The position numbers and the translations under genes were made by a program. Below are positions 21,557-33,223 of a stretch of 64,000 nt of DNA, piece after piece; within the stretch, counting starts at the first letter, position 1; the number at the start of each line of letters is the position of its first letter. Source of the stretch: Geopsychrobacteraceae bacterium (GTDB lineage: Bacteria; Desulfobacterota; Desulfuromonadia; Desulfuromonadales; Geopsychrobacteraceae); assembly GCA_963662315.1 (NCBI GenBank), contig OY759353.1, positions 928,001 through 992,000 of the forward strand, read 5' to 3'. The notes under the pieces are model-generated. The model was not told the DNA's origin, did not search any database, and saw only the letters and a program-made list of their open reading frames with translations.

Positions 21557-22966
21557 TTACAGAGCAACCTGTTCAACGGGCATACCCAGTTTTTCCACAT
21601 CATCAGCATATTCCACACTATGCCCGACCAGTACCACCTGCAACTGTTCAGGGTGCAGATACTGCTGACACACCCGCAACACGTCTGCTACCGTAACTGC
21701 TGAAATATGTTCCTGATAATGTTCTAAATAATCCCGTGGATAATCAAAATAATCAAGCCGAACCTGACGTGCGACTACGTCATGAGTGTTGTCAAAAGCA
21801 AAGACAAAAGAGTTGATCAGACTTTGTTTCGCAAGTTCCAGCTCCGCCTCAGACACAGGTTCGCTTCGAATTTGTCTGATCAATTTTAACATAAGAGCAA
21901 CGACTTCTGGTGTGGACGCACTTTTTGTCTCTGAGCTGGCAATAAAAAACCCCGGCAAATAACGACCTACCTGGAAATAGGAATAAACAGAATAAGCAAG
22001 ACCACGATTGGATCTGACTTCTCGCATCAACCGCGAGTTAAAACCACCTCCGCCAAGGATAAAGTTGGCAACCAAAAGTGCATACTGATCGGGATTATCC
22101 TTACTGATACCATCATGCCCCATCAGAATCGTCGTCTGTGGAATATCCTTATTCACAAGTAGAATCCTACCAGGCGGAGCCTCTGGCAATGTTGGAATTT
22201 CACGAACAAAAGAATCTCCTGTCGGCCAGTTACTCAACAAACCTTCAAATTGTTTCTTAACTTTTACAGGGCTGACATCACCGGAAATAGCGAACCAAAA
22301 GTTTGCCGGATGAAAAAAACGCTCATGAACTTTTCGCAGATCATCACGGGTTATGGCATTGACGGTCTCACGTGTAGCGGAAGCACCAAGGGGATGGCCA
22401 CCGGCTAGAGATTCATCGAGCAATCGCTGCGCAATAGCCCCGGGCTCATCATTCTGGCGCTGGATCCCTTCGAGCAGTTGTTGACGAGCTAACTCAAACC
22501 GGGTCTGGTCAAAAGCCGGATCGCGCAACAGATCGGTCAAAATTTCGAGGGAACGGGAAAGATCATCCCGATGCACGGCGAGGTTAACAGTGTAACCATA
22601 GAGTCCACTCTCAACACTCAATGCGGCGGCCATTCCTTCGAGTTCACGTTCGACCTGGTCAGCGCTTGAATTCCGGGTTCCGCCAGTGGCCAGAGTGCGC
22701 GCAAACAGCGCCGAAAGACCGGTTTTGTCTAGTGGGTCATAGATACTTCCGCCCTCAACCATCAGAGTCAGATTGACCAGAGGCAGTTCATGATCCTCTT
22801 TCAGATACAGGCGTGCACCGTCTACAAGACGCTCAACACCAACATCAGGGAAATGAAACTGCAGGGGTGGAAAAGTTAACTGATCGGGACGCTTTTGAAC
22901 TACAGATGAGTTCGGCAGACAACCAGCCAACAGACAAACGGCAAGAATATAGGCAACGAGCTTCAT
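21557..22966 (-). CDS. M16 peptidase, non-catalytic subunit (lipoprotein)
   Basis: Lipobox LLAGC; HxxEH replaced by ALFAR; GGGGFNSRL and RSNRGLAY retained. Confidence 0.88.
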   Translation of the reverse strand: MKLVAYILAVCLLAGCLPNSSVVQKRPDQLTFPPLQFHFPDVGVERLVDGARLYLKEDHELPLVNLTLMVEGGSIYDPLDKTGLSALFARTLATGGTRNSSADQVERELEGMAAALSVESGLYGYTVNLAVHRDDLSRSLEILTDLLRDPAFDQTRFELARQQLLEGIQRQNDEPGAIAQRLLDESLAGGHPLGASATRETVNAITRDDLRKVHERFFHPANFWFAISGDVSPVKVKKQFEGLLSNWPTGDSFVREIPTLPEAPPGRILLVNKDIPQTTILMGHDGISKDNPDQYALLVANFILGGGGFNSRLMREVRSNRGLAYSVYSYFQVGRYLPGFFIASSETKSASTPEVVALMLKLIRQIRSEPVSEAELELAKQSLINSFVFAFDNTHDVVARQVRLDYFDYPRDYLEHYQEHISAVTVADVLRVCQQYLHPEQLQVVLVGHSVEYADDVEKLGMPVEQVAL

Positions 22967-24456
22967 TAGAGTTGATCTCCCCGGCTCAAAGTGGCCACGG
23001 TTTTGTTGTCCTCAGTAAAATAGCGCTTGGCAACGGCCATGACGTCTTCTGGTGTAACTTTTTTCAGCATCGCTTCATAGTTGACAAGATACTGCCAGTC
23101 ACCCAACGCCTGGTAGGAAGACAAAATGCGCGCCAGGCCGGAATTATCCTGCAAACGACTCAGCATTCCGGTGTTGATTTGTTTTTTAGCTTTATTCAGT
23201 TCGGCATAGGTCACCGGATCAAGCTTCAAGCGCTCAAGCTCATTGTACAATGCCTTTTCAACCTGAGCAAAAGATACACCCTGGCGTGGCGACAGCGCTA
23301 AAATCATCAGGTTATCATAACGTGATCCGGGTGCCGTAAAGCTCCCGGCATTGAGCACCAGCTGCTGTTGCAGAACCAGTGCCTGATAGAGGCGCGAAGT
23401 GCGCCCTTCGGTCAAAATCTGCATAATCACATCGAAGACATAATCGTCATAGTCAGGCATGGTCGGCTTGTGGAAGGCCACCATCATCTGCGCTTCGGCG
23501 TCAAAATCAATATGAACACGCCGCTGCCCGTTTTGTGGTGGCTCCTTGTCTGTCACGACAGGAACAGGAACACCAGGATCAAGAGGGCCAAAGTAACGCA
23601 TAATCAGATCAAGAGCCTGGGCACTGTCAAAATCCCCGACCAGAGTAATAACCATATTAGCGGGCCGATAATATTTCTGAAAGAAACTGCGAATATTTTC
23701 GAGGCTTAAGTTATCAATGTCGGAATTCCAGCCAATGACAGGGTCACGGTAAGGGTGCACTTTAAATGCTGTCGCCAGTAGAGTCTCATAAAGCATCCCC
23801 CCGGGGTCACTTTCATAAGACCTGCGCCGTTCCTCATGAACCACATCACGTTCGGTGTAGAATTCACGGAACACGGCATTCTGTAAACGATCTGATTCTA
23901 TAGCCGCCCACAATTCCAACTTATTGGCAGGCAGATTAATCAGATAAGTGGTCTGATCCTTTCCGGTAAACGCGTTATACCCCATCCCGCCGTTTTCTGA
24001 GTAAATGCGGGAAAATTCATCCTTCACAACCAGAGTACGATGTTGTCCCTGGAGAGTTTTGAGCTGAGCCTTAAGCTGGTCCAGTTCAGTCTGATCATGA
24101 TCAGGCTGATTTTTCAGCAGATCAATTCGGCTGCCAAGGGTTTCTATTTGGTCCAGAAGTTTCTTTTCAGCCTGATAATTTCTGGTACCCAGAGTTTTGG
24201 TTCCCTTAAATAGCATATGTTCAAGCAGATGCGCAGCCCCGCGCTGGTTGCTAAGTTCATTGACGGAGCCAACCCTGAAACTGATATAAGCCGCTACCGT
24301 TGGTGATGAATGACGCTCAACCAGCAATACAGTTGCACCATTCTCCAATTTATGCTGCTGAACTTTATCAACCAGGGTCTGTGCGCCGGCAGCGGAAACA
24401 GAAACAAACAGTATAAAAAGCAAAAAGCTTTTAAGAATAACATGGTTCATAGGCAC
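22966..24456 (-). CDS. M16 zinc peptidase, catalytic subunit
   Basis: Signal peptide, HLLEHMLFKGT, NAFT, ERDVVHEERR. Confidence 0.92.
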   Translation of the reverse strand: MPMNHVILKSFLLFILFVSVSAAGAQTLVDKVQQHKLENGATVLLVERHSSPTVAAYISFRVGSVNELSNQRGAAHLLEHMLFKGTKTLGTRNYQAEKKLLDQIETLGSRIDLLKNQPDHDQTELDQLKAQLKTLQGQHRTLVVKDEFSRIYSENGGMGYNAFTGKDQTTYLINLPANKLELWAAIESDRLQNAVFREFYTERDVVHEERRRSYESDPGGMLYETLLATAFKVHPYRDPVIGWNSDIDNLSLENIRSFFQKYYRPANMVITLVGDFDSAQALDLIMRYFGPLDPGVPVPVVTDKEPPQNGQRRVHIDFDAEAQMMVAFHKPTMPDYDDYVFDVIMQILTEGRTSRLYQALVLQQQLVLNAGSFTAPGSRYDNLMILALSPRQGVSFAQVEKALYNELERLKLDPVTYAELNKAKKQINTGMLSRLQDNSGLARILSSYQALGDWQYLVNYEAMLKKVTPEDVMAVAKRYFTEDNKTVATLSRGDQL

Positions 24457-24887
24457 ATATCCTTCTGATTCAGTTTAATCAATAATCTGCTAAGAGCTGG
24501 AAACGCTCATGTCGGAGGCCATTCTATCGCAATCGGAGGGAAGAAACCAGAGATGCTTCAGGCAACAAAGCATATCCCCATAAGTAAACCGACAGAAGAT
24601 ATGATAAAAAAACAACCGAAAGGAGCCCTCTTGTTCTTTCACAAAAAGCAGCGTAAGCTAAATTCACATAAGACAAATCGGGAACTTAGTAACACCGATC
24701 TAGGCGAATATGAAAGGACAAACTTTTTTCATGCTGATTGCGGATGGCAATATTGCGGTATCTGGCAACCAAGAGACGTAGCCAAACTATTTGCCGATAA
24801 TCAGGTAAGCTTACAAAGTCATCATCAAATATTAACACTGACCAGCGAAATTCAGATCATCAACTTGACCATGGAGAATGAACAAAT

Positions 24888-25850
24888 ATGAAACGCATTG
24901 CAGTTTTAACCAGCGGTGGCGATTGCTCCGGTATGAACGCTACGGTCCGCGCCGTTGTCCGTGCCGGACTGGTCTGCGGCCTAGAAGTTATAGGCATTCA
25001 AAAAGGCTACCAGGGGCTTATTGACCGCCTTTATGAGATTATGTCCACGAAATCAGTCAGTAATGTTCTACAGCGTGGCGGCACTTTTCTGCAAAGTGCC
25101 CGTTGCAAAGAGATGCGCACTGAAGAAGGGTTACGACTTGCCTGCCAGAATCTCAAAGGAATGGGGGTTGAAGGGCTCATCGTTATTGGTGGAGACGGCT
25201 CCCTTAGGGGCGCGCACGCCATCAACAGCCATGGAATTCCGGTAATAGGCATTCCTGCATCCATTGACAATGATATCCCTTTCACCGATACATCGTTGGG
25301 GGTTGATACGGCTTTAAACAACATCATCCGCGCCGTTGACAATCTGAAAGATACTGCAAGTTCTCACGACCGGGCATTTATCGTTGAGATTATGGGACGT
25401 AATTGTGGTTATTTGGCCGTCGTTGCCGCTATTGCTTCTGGTGCTGAATACAGCCTGATCCCCGAAGAACCGTATGATCTCAACCAAATCTGTACATCGT
25501 TGCGGAAACGTTACCAGGAAAAACGGACCAACGCCATTATCTTGGTTGCTGAAGGAGCAGGAAAAGCCCAGGATATCGCAACCCAGATAAAGGACAGTAT
25601 TGGTTTTGAAACCCGCGTCATTGTCCTTGGCCATTACCAGCGTGGTGGTTCCCCCTCGGTCTTTGACCGCACTCTCGGGGCCCGCTTCGGTCAGTCTGCC
25701 GTTGAAGCATTGTTAAATGGCGTTGGAGGAAAGATGGTAGGCCTTGACGGTGCCGATATTGTCCTGACCGACCTTGAGCAGGTAACCAGCGCCGGAATCA
25801 GGCCGATCAACCCGCTCTACCCGCGCCTGGCCAACCAACTCTCTTTATGA
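24888..25850 (+). CDS. pfkA: ATP-dependent 6-phosphofructokinase
   Basis: TSGGD, GGDGS, PASIDND, MGRNCG, LGHYQRGG. Confidence 0.93.
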   Translation: MKRIAVLTSGGDCSGMNATVRAVVRAGLVCGLEVIGIQKGYQGLIDRLYEIMSTKSVSNVLQRGGTFLQSARCKEMRTEEGLRLACQNLKGMGVEGLIVIGGDGSLRGAHAINSHGIPVIGIPASIDNDIPFTDTSLGVDTALNNIIRAVDNLKDTASSHDRAFIVEIMGRNCGYLAVVAAIASGAEYSLIPEEPYDLNQICTSLRKRYQEKRTNAIILVAEGAGKAQDIATQIKDSIGFETRVIVLGHYQRGGSPSVFDRTLGARFGQSAVEALLNGVGGKMVGLDGADIVLTDLEQVTSAGIRPINPLYPRLANQLSL

Positions 25851-25853
25851 CGG

Positions 25854-25896
25854 AAAAAAAGGAGCGAGTGGACCTATAAAATAAGGTCCACTCGCT
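25854..25896 (-). terminator. Hairpin with U-tract on the minus strand
   Basis: 13-bp perfect stem AGCGAGTGGACCT/AGGTCCACTCGCT preceded by A7 on plus. Confidence 0.55.
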
Positions 25897-26032
25897 GACA
25901 ATCCTGCCACTATTCACCGAAAACAGTTTTCTTTACCAGCTTGCAGCCCCTTGCGAACTGTCAACTAAATGCTACCCTTTTAATATGCACAACAGTCAAT
26001 TCCCCTGATACTGCTGCAGAAAGGAGTCTTTC

Positions 26033-28429
26033 GTGGAAGATCTGCGTCTCAACTCCGACTCACTACGCTGGCGATGCGAAACGACCCAATTTCAATTCAC
26101 CTCAACGGCTGACCTCCCCCCCCTTGACATGACCATCGGACAGGAACGTGCCCTTGCGGCCATCGATTTTGGCCTGGGAATCAATGACTGCGGCTTCAAC
26201 CTGTTCATTCTGGGCCATCCGGGCAGCGGTCGCTCTTCAACCATTAAAAAAATACTGGAATCAAAGGCGCAGGACCAGGAGCCACCTTCGGACTGGTGCT
26301 ATGTTTATGACTTCAATGGTGGCAGCAACCCGGAACATATCCGACTGCCAGCGGGCAAAGGGCCAGAGCTGAAAAAAGATCTCGACAAACTGGTGGAACG
26401 TCTTACAGAAGAAGTGCCTAAATGTTTTGACAGCAAGGAATATCAGGAGCAGAAAAAGAGAATCAGCCAAACCTACCAGGAGACCAAAAAGAAACTCTTC
26501 CAGACTCTGGAAAAACTCTGCTTTGAGAATGGCTTTTCTATTCAACAGGCTCCAAACGGACTGGTTTTAGTGCCCCTTAAAGAGGGTAAACCAATTTCTC
26601 AAAAGGATTTTGAAGACCTTTCAGCAGAGCAGCGCGACAATCTCGACCAGAAAGGGACCATGCTCCAGGAGCACATCGATGATTTTCTGCTGAACATTAG
26701 AAAAATCGACGACGAGTTACGTGAAAAGATCATGAACGTGGCCCGTGAGGTGCTGCTTTACACCATAGGCCACCTGTTTGAGGCCCTTGAAACAAAATAT
26801 TCTTACCAGAAACGGGTCATAGAACATTTCAGCCACTGCAAAAAAGACATCATCAAGCAAATTGAAGAACTTCACGACCAGGAGCAACCCCGCATCCACA
26901 TTCCCGGTCTGACGCCACAGCCAAGCGGCCCAACTTTTGAAAATTACCGGGTAAACCTGATTATAGATAATACGACACTGAAAGGAGCCCCGGTTATCTA
27001 CGAAGCCAACCCCACCTATTTCAATGTCTTCGGAAGAATTGAACACATTATCCAGATGGGGAGCGCGGTCACCGATTTCCATATGATCAAGGCCGGAGCA
27101 TTGCACAAAGCCAATGGCGGCTACCTGATACTTGACTGTCGTGAGGTCCTGCTGAACCTTTTTACCTACGAAGCGTTGAAGCGGACGATTCGTAACAAAG
27201 AAATTCGTATTGAGGATATGGCAGAGCAATACCGCCTGATCGCGACCTTAAGCCTGAAACCGGAAGCCATTCCATTGGAATGCAAAATCGTCCTGATTGG
27301 CACGCCGGAACTCTATTACCTGTTGCTGCAGATGGACCCCGATTTTCGCAAATATTTCAAAGTGAAGGTCGACTTCGACCAGATGATGCGCAACAGCTAC
27401 GGCAATATCCAGTTATTTGCCATGTTTATCGGATCAAAATGCCGTGATGAAAAGTTGCTTCATTTTGAACCGGAGGCGGTATCACGCACCATAGAATTCT
27501 CCGCACGCCTGGTTGAAGATCAAAAACATTTATCAGCCAGTTTTTCTGCCATTACGGATCTTATCCACGAAGCTTCCTATTATGCCAATCGGGAGCATGC
27601 ACTTTTAGTGTCGGCCATTCACGTTGAACAGGCGCTGGAAGCACGCATTTATCGCTCCAACAAAATGGAAGAGCGCATCCGCGAATTGATCAAGGAAGGT
27701 ACTATTTTTATTGACACTGAAGGAGCTGTCATCGGCCAGATCAACGGCCTTGCCGTCTACCAGCTCGGGGACTACAACTTTGGAACCCCGTCCCGCCTGA
27801 CAGTCAGAACCTATCTGGGGAAGAACGGTATTATCAATATTGAACGGGAGGCCAAATTATCGGGATCGATTCATGATAAAGGCCTGTTGATTCTCAGTGG
27901 CTTCTTCGGCGAACGCTTTGGTAGTGATAAACCCCTCACCCTGTCAGCTTCAATCTGCTTTGAACAGAATTATGGTGGAATCGACGGCGACAGCGCATCC
28001 AGCACGGAACTCTACGCCTTACTTTCAAGCCTGTCGCGCCTGCCGCTGCGCCAGGATATTGCTGTCACAGGCAGTGTCAATCAATTGGGGAAAGTTCAGC
28101 CTATCGGTGGCGTAAATCAGAAAATCGAGGGTTTTTATGCCCTCTGCAAAGCCCGTGGACTGACCGGACAGCAAGGTGTCATTATTCCTGCAGCAAACAC
28201 CAAAAACCTGATGCTGAAAACGGAAGTCATCAAAGCGGTCGAACGCGGACAATTCACGATCTGGAAAGTCGACAGAATTGATCAGGGGATCGAAATCCTC
28301 ACCGGAGTAGAAGCCGGTAAGTTGCAGGAAGATGGGTCCTGGACACCGGGGTCGGTGAATGACCGGGTCAATAAGCGCCTGATAGAAATGGCCGAAATTG
28401 CCATACAGTTTGGTAAGAATGACAAGTAG
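26033..28429 (+). CDS. Lon-like protease, LonC/AAA_32 type
   Basis: GQERAL, AGALHKANGGYL, catalytic GDSASS and IGGVNQK; Walker A is GHPGSGRS. Confidence 0.88.
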   Translation: MEDLRLNSDSLRWRCETTQFQFTSTADLPPLDMTIGQERALAAIDFGLGINDCGFNLFILGHPGSGRSSTIKKILESKAQDQEPPSDWCYVYDFNGGSNPEHIRLPAGKGPELKKDLDKLVERLTEEVPKCFDSKEYQEQKKRISQTYQETKKKLFQTLEKLCFENGFSIQQAPNGLVLVPLKEGKPISQKDFEDLSAEQRDNLDQKGTMLQEHIDDFLLNIRKIDDELREKIMNVAREVLLYTIGHLFEALETKYSYQKRVIEHFSHCKKDIIKQIEELHDQEQPRIHIPGLTPQPSGPTFENYRVNLIIDNTTLKGAPVIYEANPTYFNVFGRIEHIIQMGSAVTDFHMIKAGALHKANGGYLILDCREVLLNLFTYEALKRTIRNKEIRIEDMAEQYRLIATLSLKPEAIPLECKIVLIGTPELYYLLLQMDPDFRKYFKVKVDFDQMMRNSYGNIQLFAMFIGSKCRDEKLLHFEPEAVSRTIEFSARLVEDQKHLSASFSAITDLIHEASYYANREHALLVSAIHVEQALEARIYRSNKMEERIRELIKEGTIFIDTEGAVIGQINGLAVYQLGDYNFGTPSRLTVRTYLGKNGIINIEREAKLSGSIHDKGLLILSGFFGERFGSDKPLTLSASICFEQNYGGIDGDSASSTELYALLSSLSRLPLRQDIAVTGSVNQLGKVQPIGGVNQKIEGFYALCKARGLTGQQGVIIPAANTKNLMLKTEVIKAVERGQFTIWKVDRIDQGIEILTGVEAGKLQEDGSWTPGSVNDRVNKRLIEMAEIAIQFGKNDK

Positions 28430-28776
28430 ACGAATACAAAATTGCGGTCATTGCAAGATCATACATCACGCGGATATAAACAGGCTGGCGTCTACCGGAC
28501 GGTAGCCTGTCTGGTCATAATGTCAAGTCTGATTGCAGGGATACACAACTAAGCATCAAACCCAGCCCAACCCAGTTCCCTAACATTCTTTAATCAAGCT
28601 CACAATTCTTATTGTTGCCCCCCCTTTATTATTACCTTTCTGGTAATGTATTATATAGAAATACATTCTCACTGCTGAGAAGCGGACACTGGGTTCATAC
28701 CACCAGCGTCTTAACTGTAAAACGATTCGCTACCTTCTCTTCCACGGTATGCGCGAGCGGTACGAAGGAGTTTTCT

Positions 28777-29379
28777 ATGTCTTATTCTTTACCAGATTTA
28801 CCTTACGATTATGCGGCACTTGATCAGCATATCGATGCCAGAACCATGGAAATCCACCACACAAAACATCACCAGGCCTACATTAACAACCTTAATAATG
28901 CGCTGAAGGATTCCCCCCTAAGTGCAAAGCCGATCAATGAACTGGTTGCAAGACTTGAGGAAGTCCCTGATACCATTGTTACGGCAGTTCGCAACAACGG
29001 CGGCGGGCATGCCAATCACAGTCTGTTTTGGACCATTCTCAGCCCTGACGGGGGCGGTGTTCCTGGCGGTGAATTATCCAAAGCGATTGACAGAGACCTT
29101 GGAGGCTTCAATAAATTCAAGGAAGTCTTTACCCAGACGGCCTTAGGCCGATTCGGCAGTGGCTGGGCATGGCTGAGCCTGACCCCGGCGGGACAACTGA
29201 TGATCGAGAGTACTCCGAATCAGGACAGCCCCCTGATGCATGGGAACATTCCGGTGCTGGGCCTTGATGTGTGGGAACATGCCTATTACTTGAAGTATCA
29301 GAATCGTAGGGCTGAATACATTGACGCATTTTTTGACATTATCAACTGGCGGGAAGTCGAGCGTAGATTTCTAGAGTAA
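28777..29379 (+). CDS. sodA: Superoxide dismutase, Mn-type signature
   Basis: [37 protein letters not shown] before ATG 28777. Confidence 0.9.
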   Translation: MSYSLPDLPYDYAALDQHIDARTMEIHHTKHHQAYINNLNNALKDSPLSAKPINELVARLEEVPDTIVTAVRNNGGGHANHSLFWTILSPDGGGVPGGELSKAIDRDLGGFNKFKEVFTQTALGRFGSGWAWLSLTPAGQLMIESTPNQDSPLMHGNIPVLGLDVWEHAYYLKYQNRRAEYIDAFFDIINWREVERRFLE

Positions 29380-29391
29380 ATGCTTAAAACA

Positions 29392-29427
29392 AAAGCGGAA
29401 GGTTCCGGCGCCGGGACCTCCCGCTTT
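29392..29427. terminator. Bidirectional terminator between sodA and patatin
   Basis: AAAGCGGAAGGTTCCGG-cg-CCGGGACCTCCCGCTTT near-perfect hairpin between convergent genes. Confidence 0.7.
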
Positions 29428-29458
29428 AAAGCAATGACAGGAATCGTACCTAGAAGCG

Positions 29459-30361
29459 TTACCCCTTTTCATTCCCCTTTTTCTTTTCATAGGCATCCAG
29501 CACTTCTTCAGCTTTTTGATGCCCAATTTCAATCATTTCTGCCGCCTTTTCAAATTCATAAATGGTACAGATATTTTTGGGCAGTTCGATGAGAACATCA
29601 GGAGAATGACCTGCCAACTTATAGTTGGCGATGGTCGATTGCATCGCATCAATACTCATCGAAATCACATCAAAAAAGCCCGTCTCGTCATCTTGCCCAT
29701 TGCTGTTGAACATATCCTGCAGGCCATTGACAAAATCATAGACCTTCTGATGATACCAGGTCCGTGCCATACTCTTGTCCGGAACCGCTTGCGGCACTTC
29801 ACTGTAAGCAGCCTTTCCACTTAAACTGACGGCAATGGTCAAGTCTGTCATGTCCCGCAACGTTGGTGCAATTGGCACAGGATTAAGTAACCCACCATCG
29901 ACCAGCAGCCGCCCGCCATACTCAAATGCCGAAAAGACCGTCGGGAAAGCAATCGAAGCCCGGATAGCGTCAAACAGCGGACCTTGAGATAGCCAGACTT
30001 CCTTGCTATTTTCCAGATCCGTCGCTACGGCAGTAAAGCTGATGGGCAAATTTTCAATGTCCCTATCACCAATGAGATCCTTCAACGTTTCAATAATCCG
30101 CTCTCCTTTAAACAGAGCCTTGCCGCTGAAAGAGACATCGAGCAGTTTTAAAACATCAAGACGATCAAGGGCACATACCCATTTGGTATAACTATCCAGT
30201 TCTCCGGCAGCATAAATGCCCCCAATCAGAGCTCCCATTGACGAACCGGATATAGAACGAATCTCGTAGCCACGCTTTTCAAGTACTTTGATGATACCGA
30301 TGTGAGCTAATCCGCGGGCACCACCGCTCCCCAGAACCAATGAAACTGTTCGCTTAGACAT
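29459..30361 (-). CDS. Patatin-like phospholipase (RssA type)
   Basis: GSGGARG, GSSMG nucleophile, DGG motif. Confidence 0.9.
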   Translation of the reverse strand: MSKRTVSLVLGSGGARGLAHIGIIKVLEKRGYEIRSISGSSMGALIGGIYAAGELDSYTKWVCALDRLDVLKLLDVSFSGKALFKGERIIETLKDLIGDRDIENLPISFTAVATDLENSKEVWLSQGPLFDAIRASIAFPTVFSAFEYGGRLLVDGGLLNPVPIAPTLRDMTDLTIAVSLSGKAAYSEVPQAVPDKSMARTWYHQKVYDFVNGLQDMFNSNGQDDETGFFDVISMSIDAMQSTIANYKLAGHSPDVLIELPKNICTIYEFEKAAEMIEIGHQKAEEVLDAYEKKKGNEKG

Positions 30362-30436
30362 ATTTTCAATTCCCCTCATTATTCCTCAATTAACCTGCCA
30401 TCTGAATCTAATATTGCCATGACTGCATCCCGTTAA

Positions 30437-31951
<1,515 letters not shown>

Positions 31952-31969
31952 CAATATCTCAATTTATTA

Positions 31970-32014
31970 AAAACGATTAAGACCGTAGATATTCTCTACG
32001 GTCTTAATCGTTTT
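31970..32014. terminator. Bidirectional intrinsic terminator after purB
   Basis: 20-bp perfect stem AAAACGATTAAGACCGTAGA / TCTACGGTCTTAATCGTTTT. Confidence 0.85.
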
Positions 32015-32110
32015 ATTGCTTCGGTTCCAAGCGTAAATGACAAATGGTCTCAACTGTTTATAAAAGACCATAGAGACAGATCTAAACATTCAGGCTTTAA
32101 CCTTCAATAT

Positions 32111-32812
32111 TTATTCAAAAAAGCACTCCGCTATACATTCGTTCAGTTTTTTTAACACAGAGGGCATAGTCGCCTTGAAGTTTACCGCAAAGTCATTTTC
32201 AGAGATCTGGATGACTTCGGCATTGATAACAAATTGGGTATTCATTTTCTTTTGATCCAAAAGGGAAAAAATCAGTTTGACCTCATCCCCCAAGGCTAAG
32301 GTCTTAATCTCACTTTCGATAGAACACCCCCCCAGAGACAAAGTTAAAAGTGCACCGAGATAAATCTGATCTTTGCATTTAAATTCGATACTTTTATTCC
32401 TCATTCTCATCTGCAGGTGCTGTCTGTTCGCACTTTCTTCCAAATATTTTTCAGCATCGTCCATGCTGTTGACATAAACGGGAACATAGCCTTGTTGCCT
32501 TATGCTCAGGTTATTCATTTGGGTGTAGATTACACTTTTATCATTAACGACTCTGACAATGTCTTTCATGCCTTGCGTAACCAGAAATTGCATGATTTTC
32601 AATAACACCGGAATAGCGGAATTGTGCCCAAAATTGACCAGAGTCAGATCATTAATTACGGAAAAGTTCGGTTTTAGTTCGGAAACGGCTTTGCGGATAT
32701 CATTGAAAATCTCTTCAAGATCATCTTTCGTGACATAACCAACAAAGGCACAATAAAGCCTGTTCCTGCGTTTATTGATTTCAACCTTTGACTTGAGTCG
32801 ATCTTCAGACAT
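32111..32812 (-). CDS. Protein with C-terminal PilZ-like domain (degenerate)
   Basis: RQHLQ / TLSLGGC / AEV..FAVNF PilZ-like pattern; AT-rich gene. Confidence 0.6.
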   Translation of the reverse strand: MSEDRLKSKVEINKRRNRLYCAFVGYVTKDDLEEIFNDIRKAVSELKPNFSVINDLTLVNFGHNSAIPVLLKIMQFLVTQGMKDIVRVVNDKSVIYTQMNNLSIRQQGYVPVYVNSMDDAEKYLEESANRQHLQMRMRNKSIEFKCKDQIYLGALLTLSLGGCSIESEIKTLALGDEVKLIFSLLDQKKMNTQFVINAEVIQISENDFAVNFKATMPSVLKKLNECIAECFFE

Positions 32813-33223
32813 ACGAAAAACCTTGGCAGAAAATACAATAAGAGTTCAAAAACTCCCTATCATAAATGAATATAAAATGTAAAAACAGAAGGAAAATTAA
32901 GAAGGGTCCTATGGTCACAAGCCTTTTAAGTATAAAAGCACCTTGGATATCAAACAAGTCAGATCTGCCACCACCCTCAGAACCCTGAGCCTCCAACAGT
33001 TCCCCCTGCCGTTTACATTTCCTACTTATCTACTATAGTATATAAAAGAGGTTTACACTTAACTTCTTCGTCACGGAACAACAAATTCAGAAGCATAGAG
33101 AATCATTCCGGTCATAAAACATTGAGACACCTGTGCTATCAAGATTATTCAAGTTGGATGGAAGGCCGACCATAGTAAGGGGGCAGAGAAGATAACAGAT
33201 AGAAGACTCAAAGAGGAGGCCTT

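Noticed and set aside
24553..24891. 112-aa ORF upstream of pfkA, and a possible riboswitch in this gap
   Set aside because: No RBS or recognisable motif; lies in a divergent promoter region; I could not match glycine or c-di-GMP riboswitch cores.
28612..28776. N-terminal extensions in the ORF track (sodA; also mlaF, purB, fadJ, COG0523, DHOR)
   Set aside because: Downstream ATGs with clear RBSs fit the family N-termini better.
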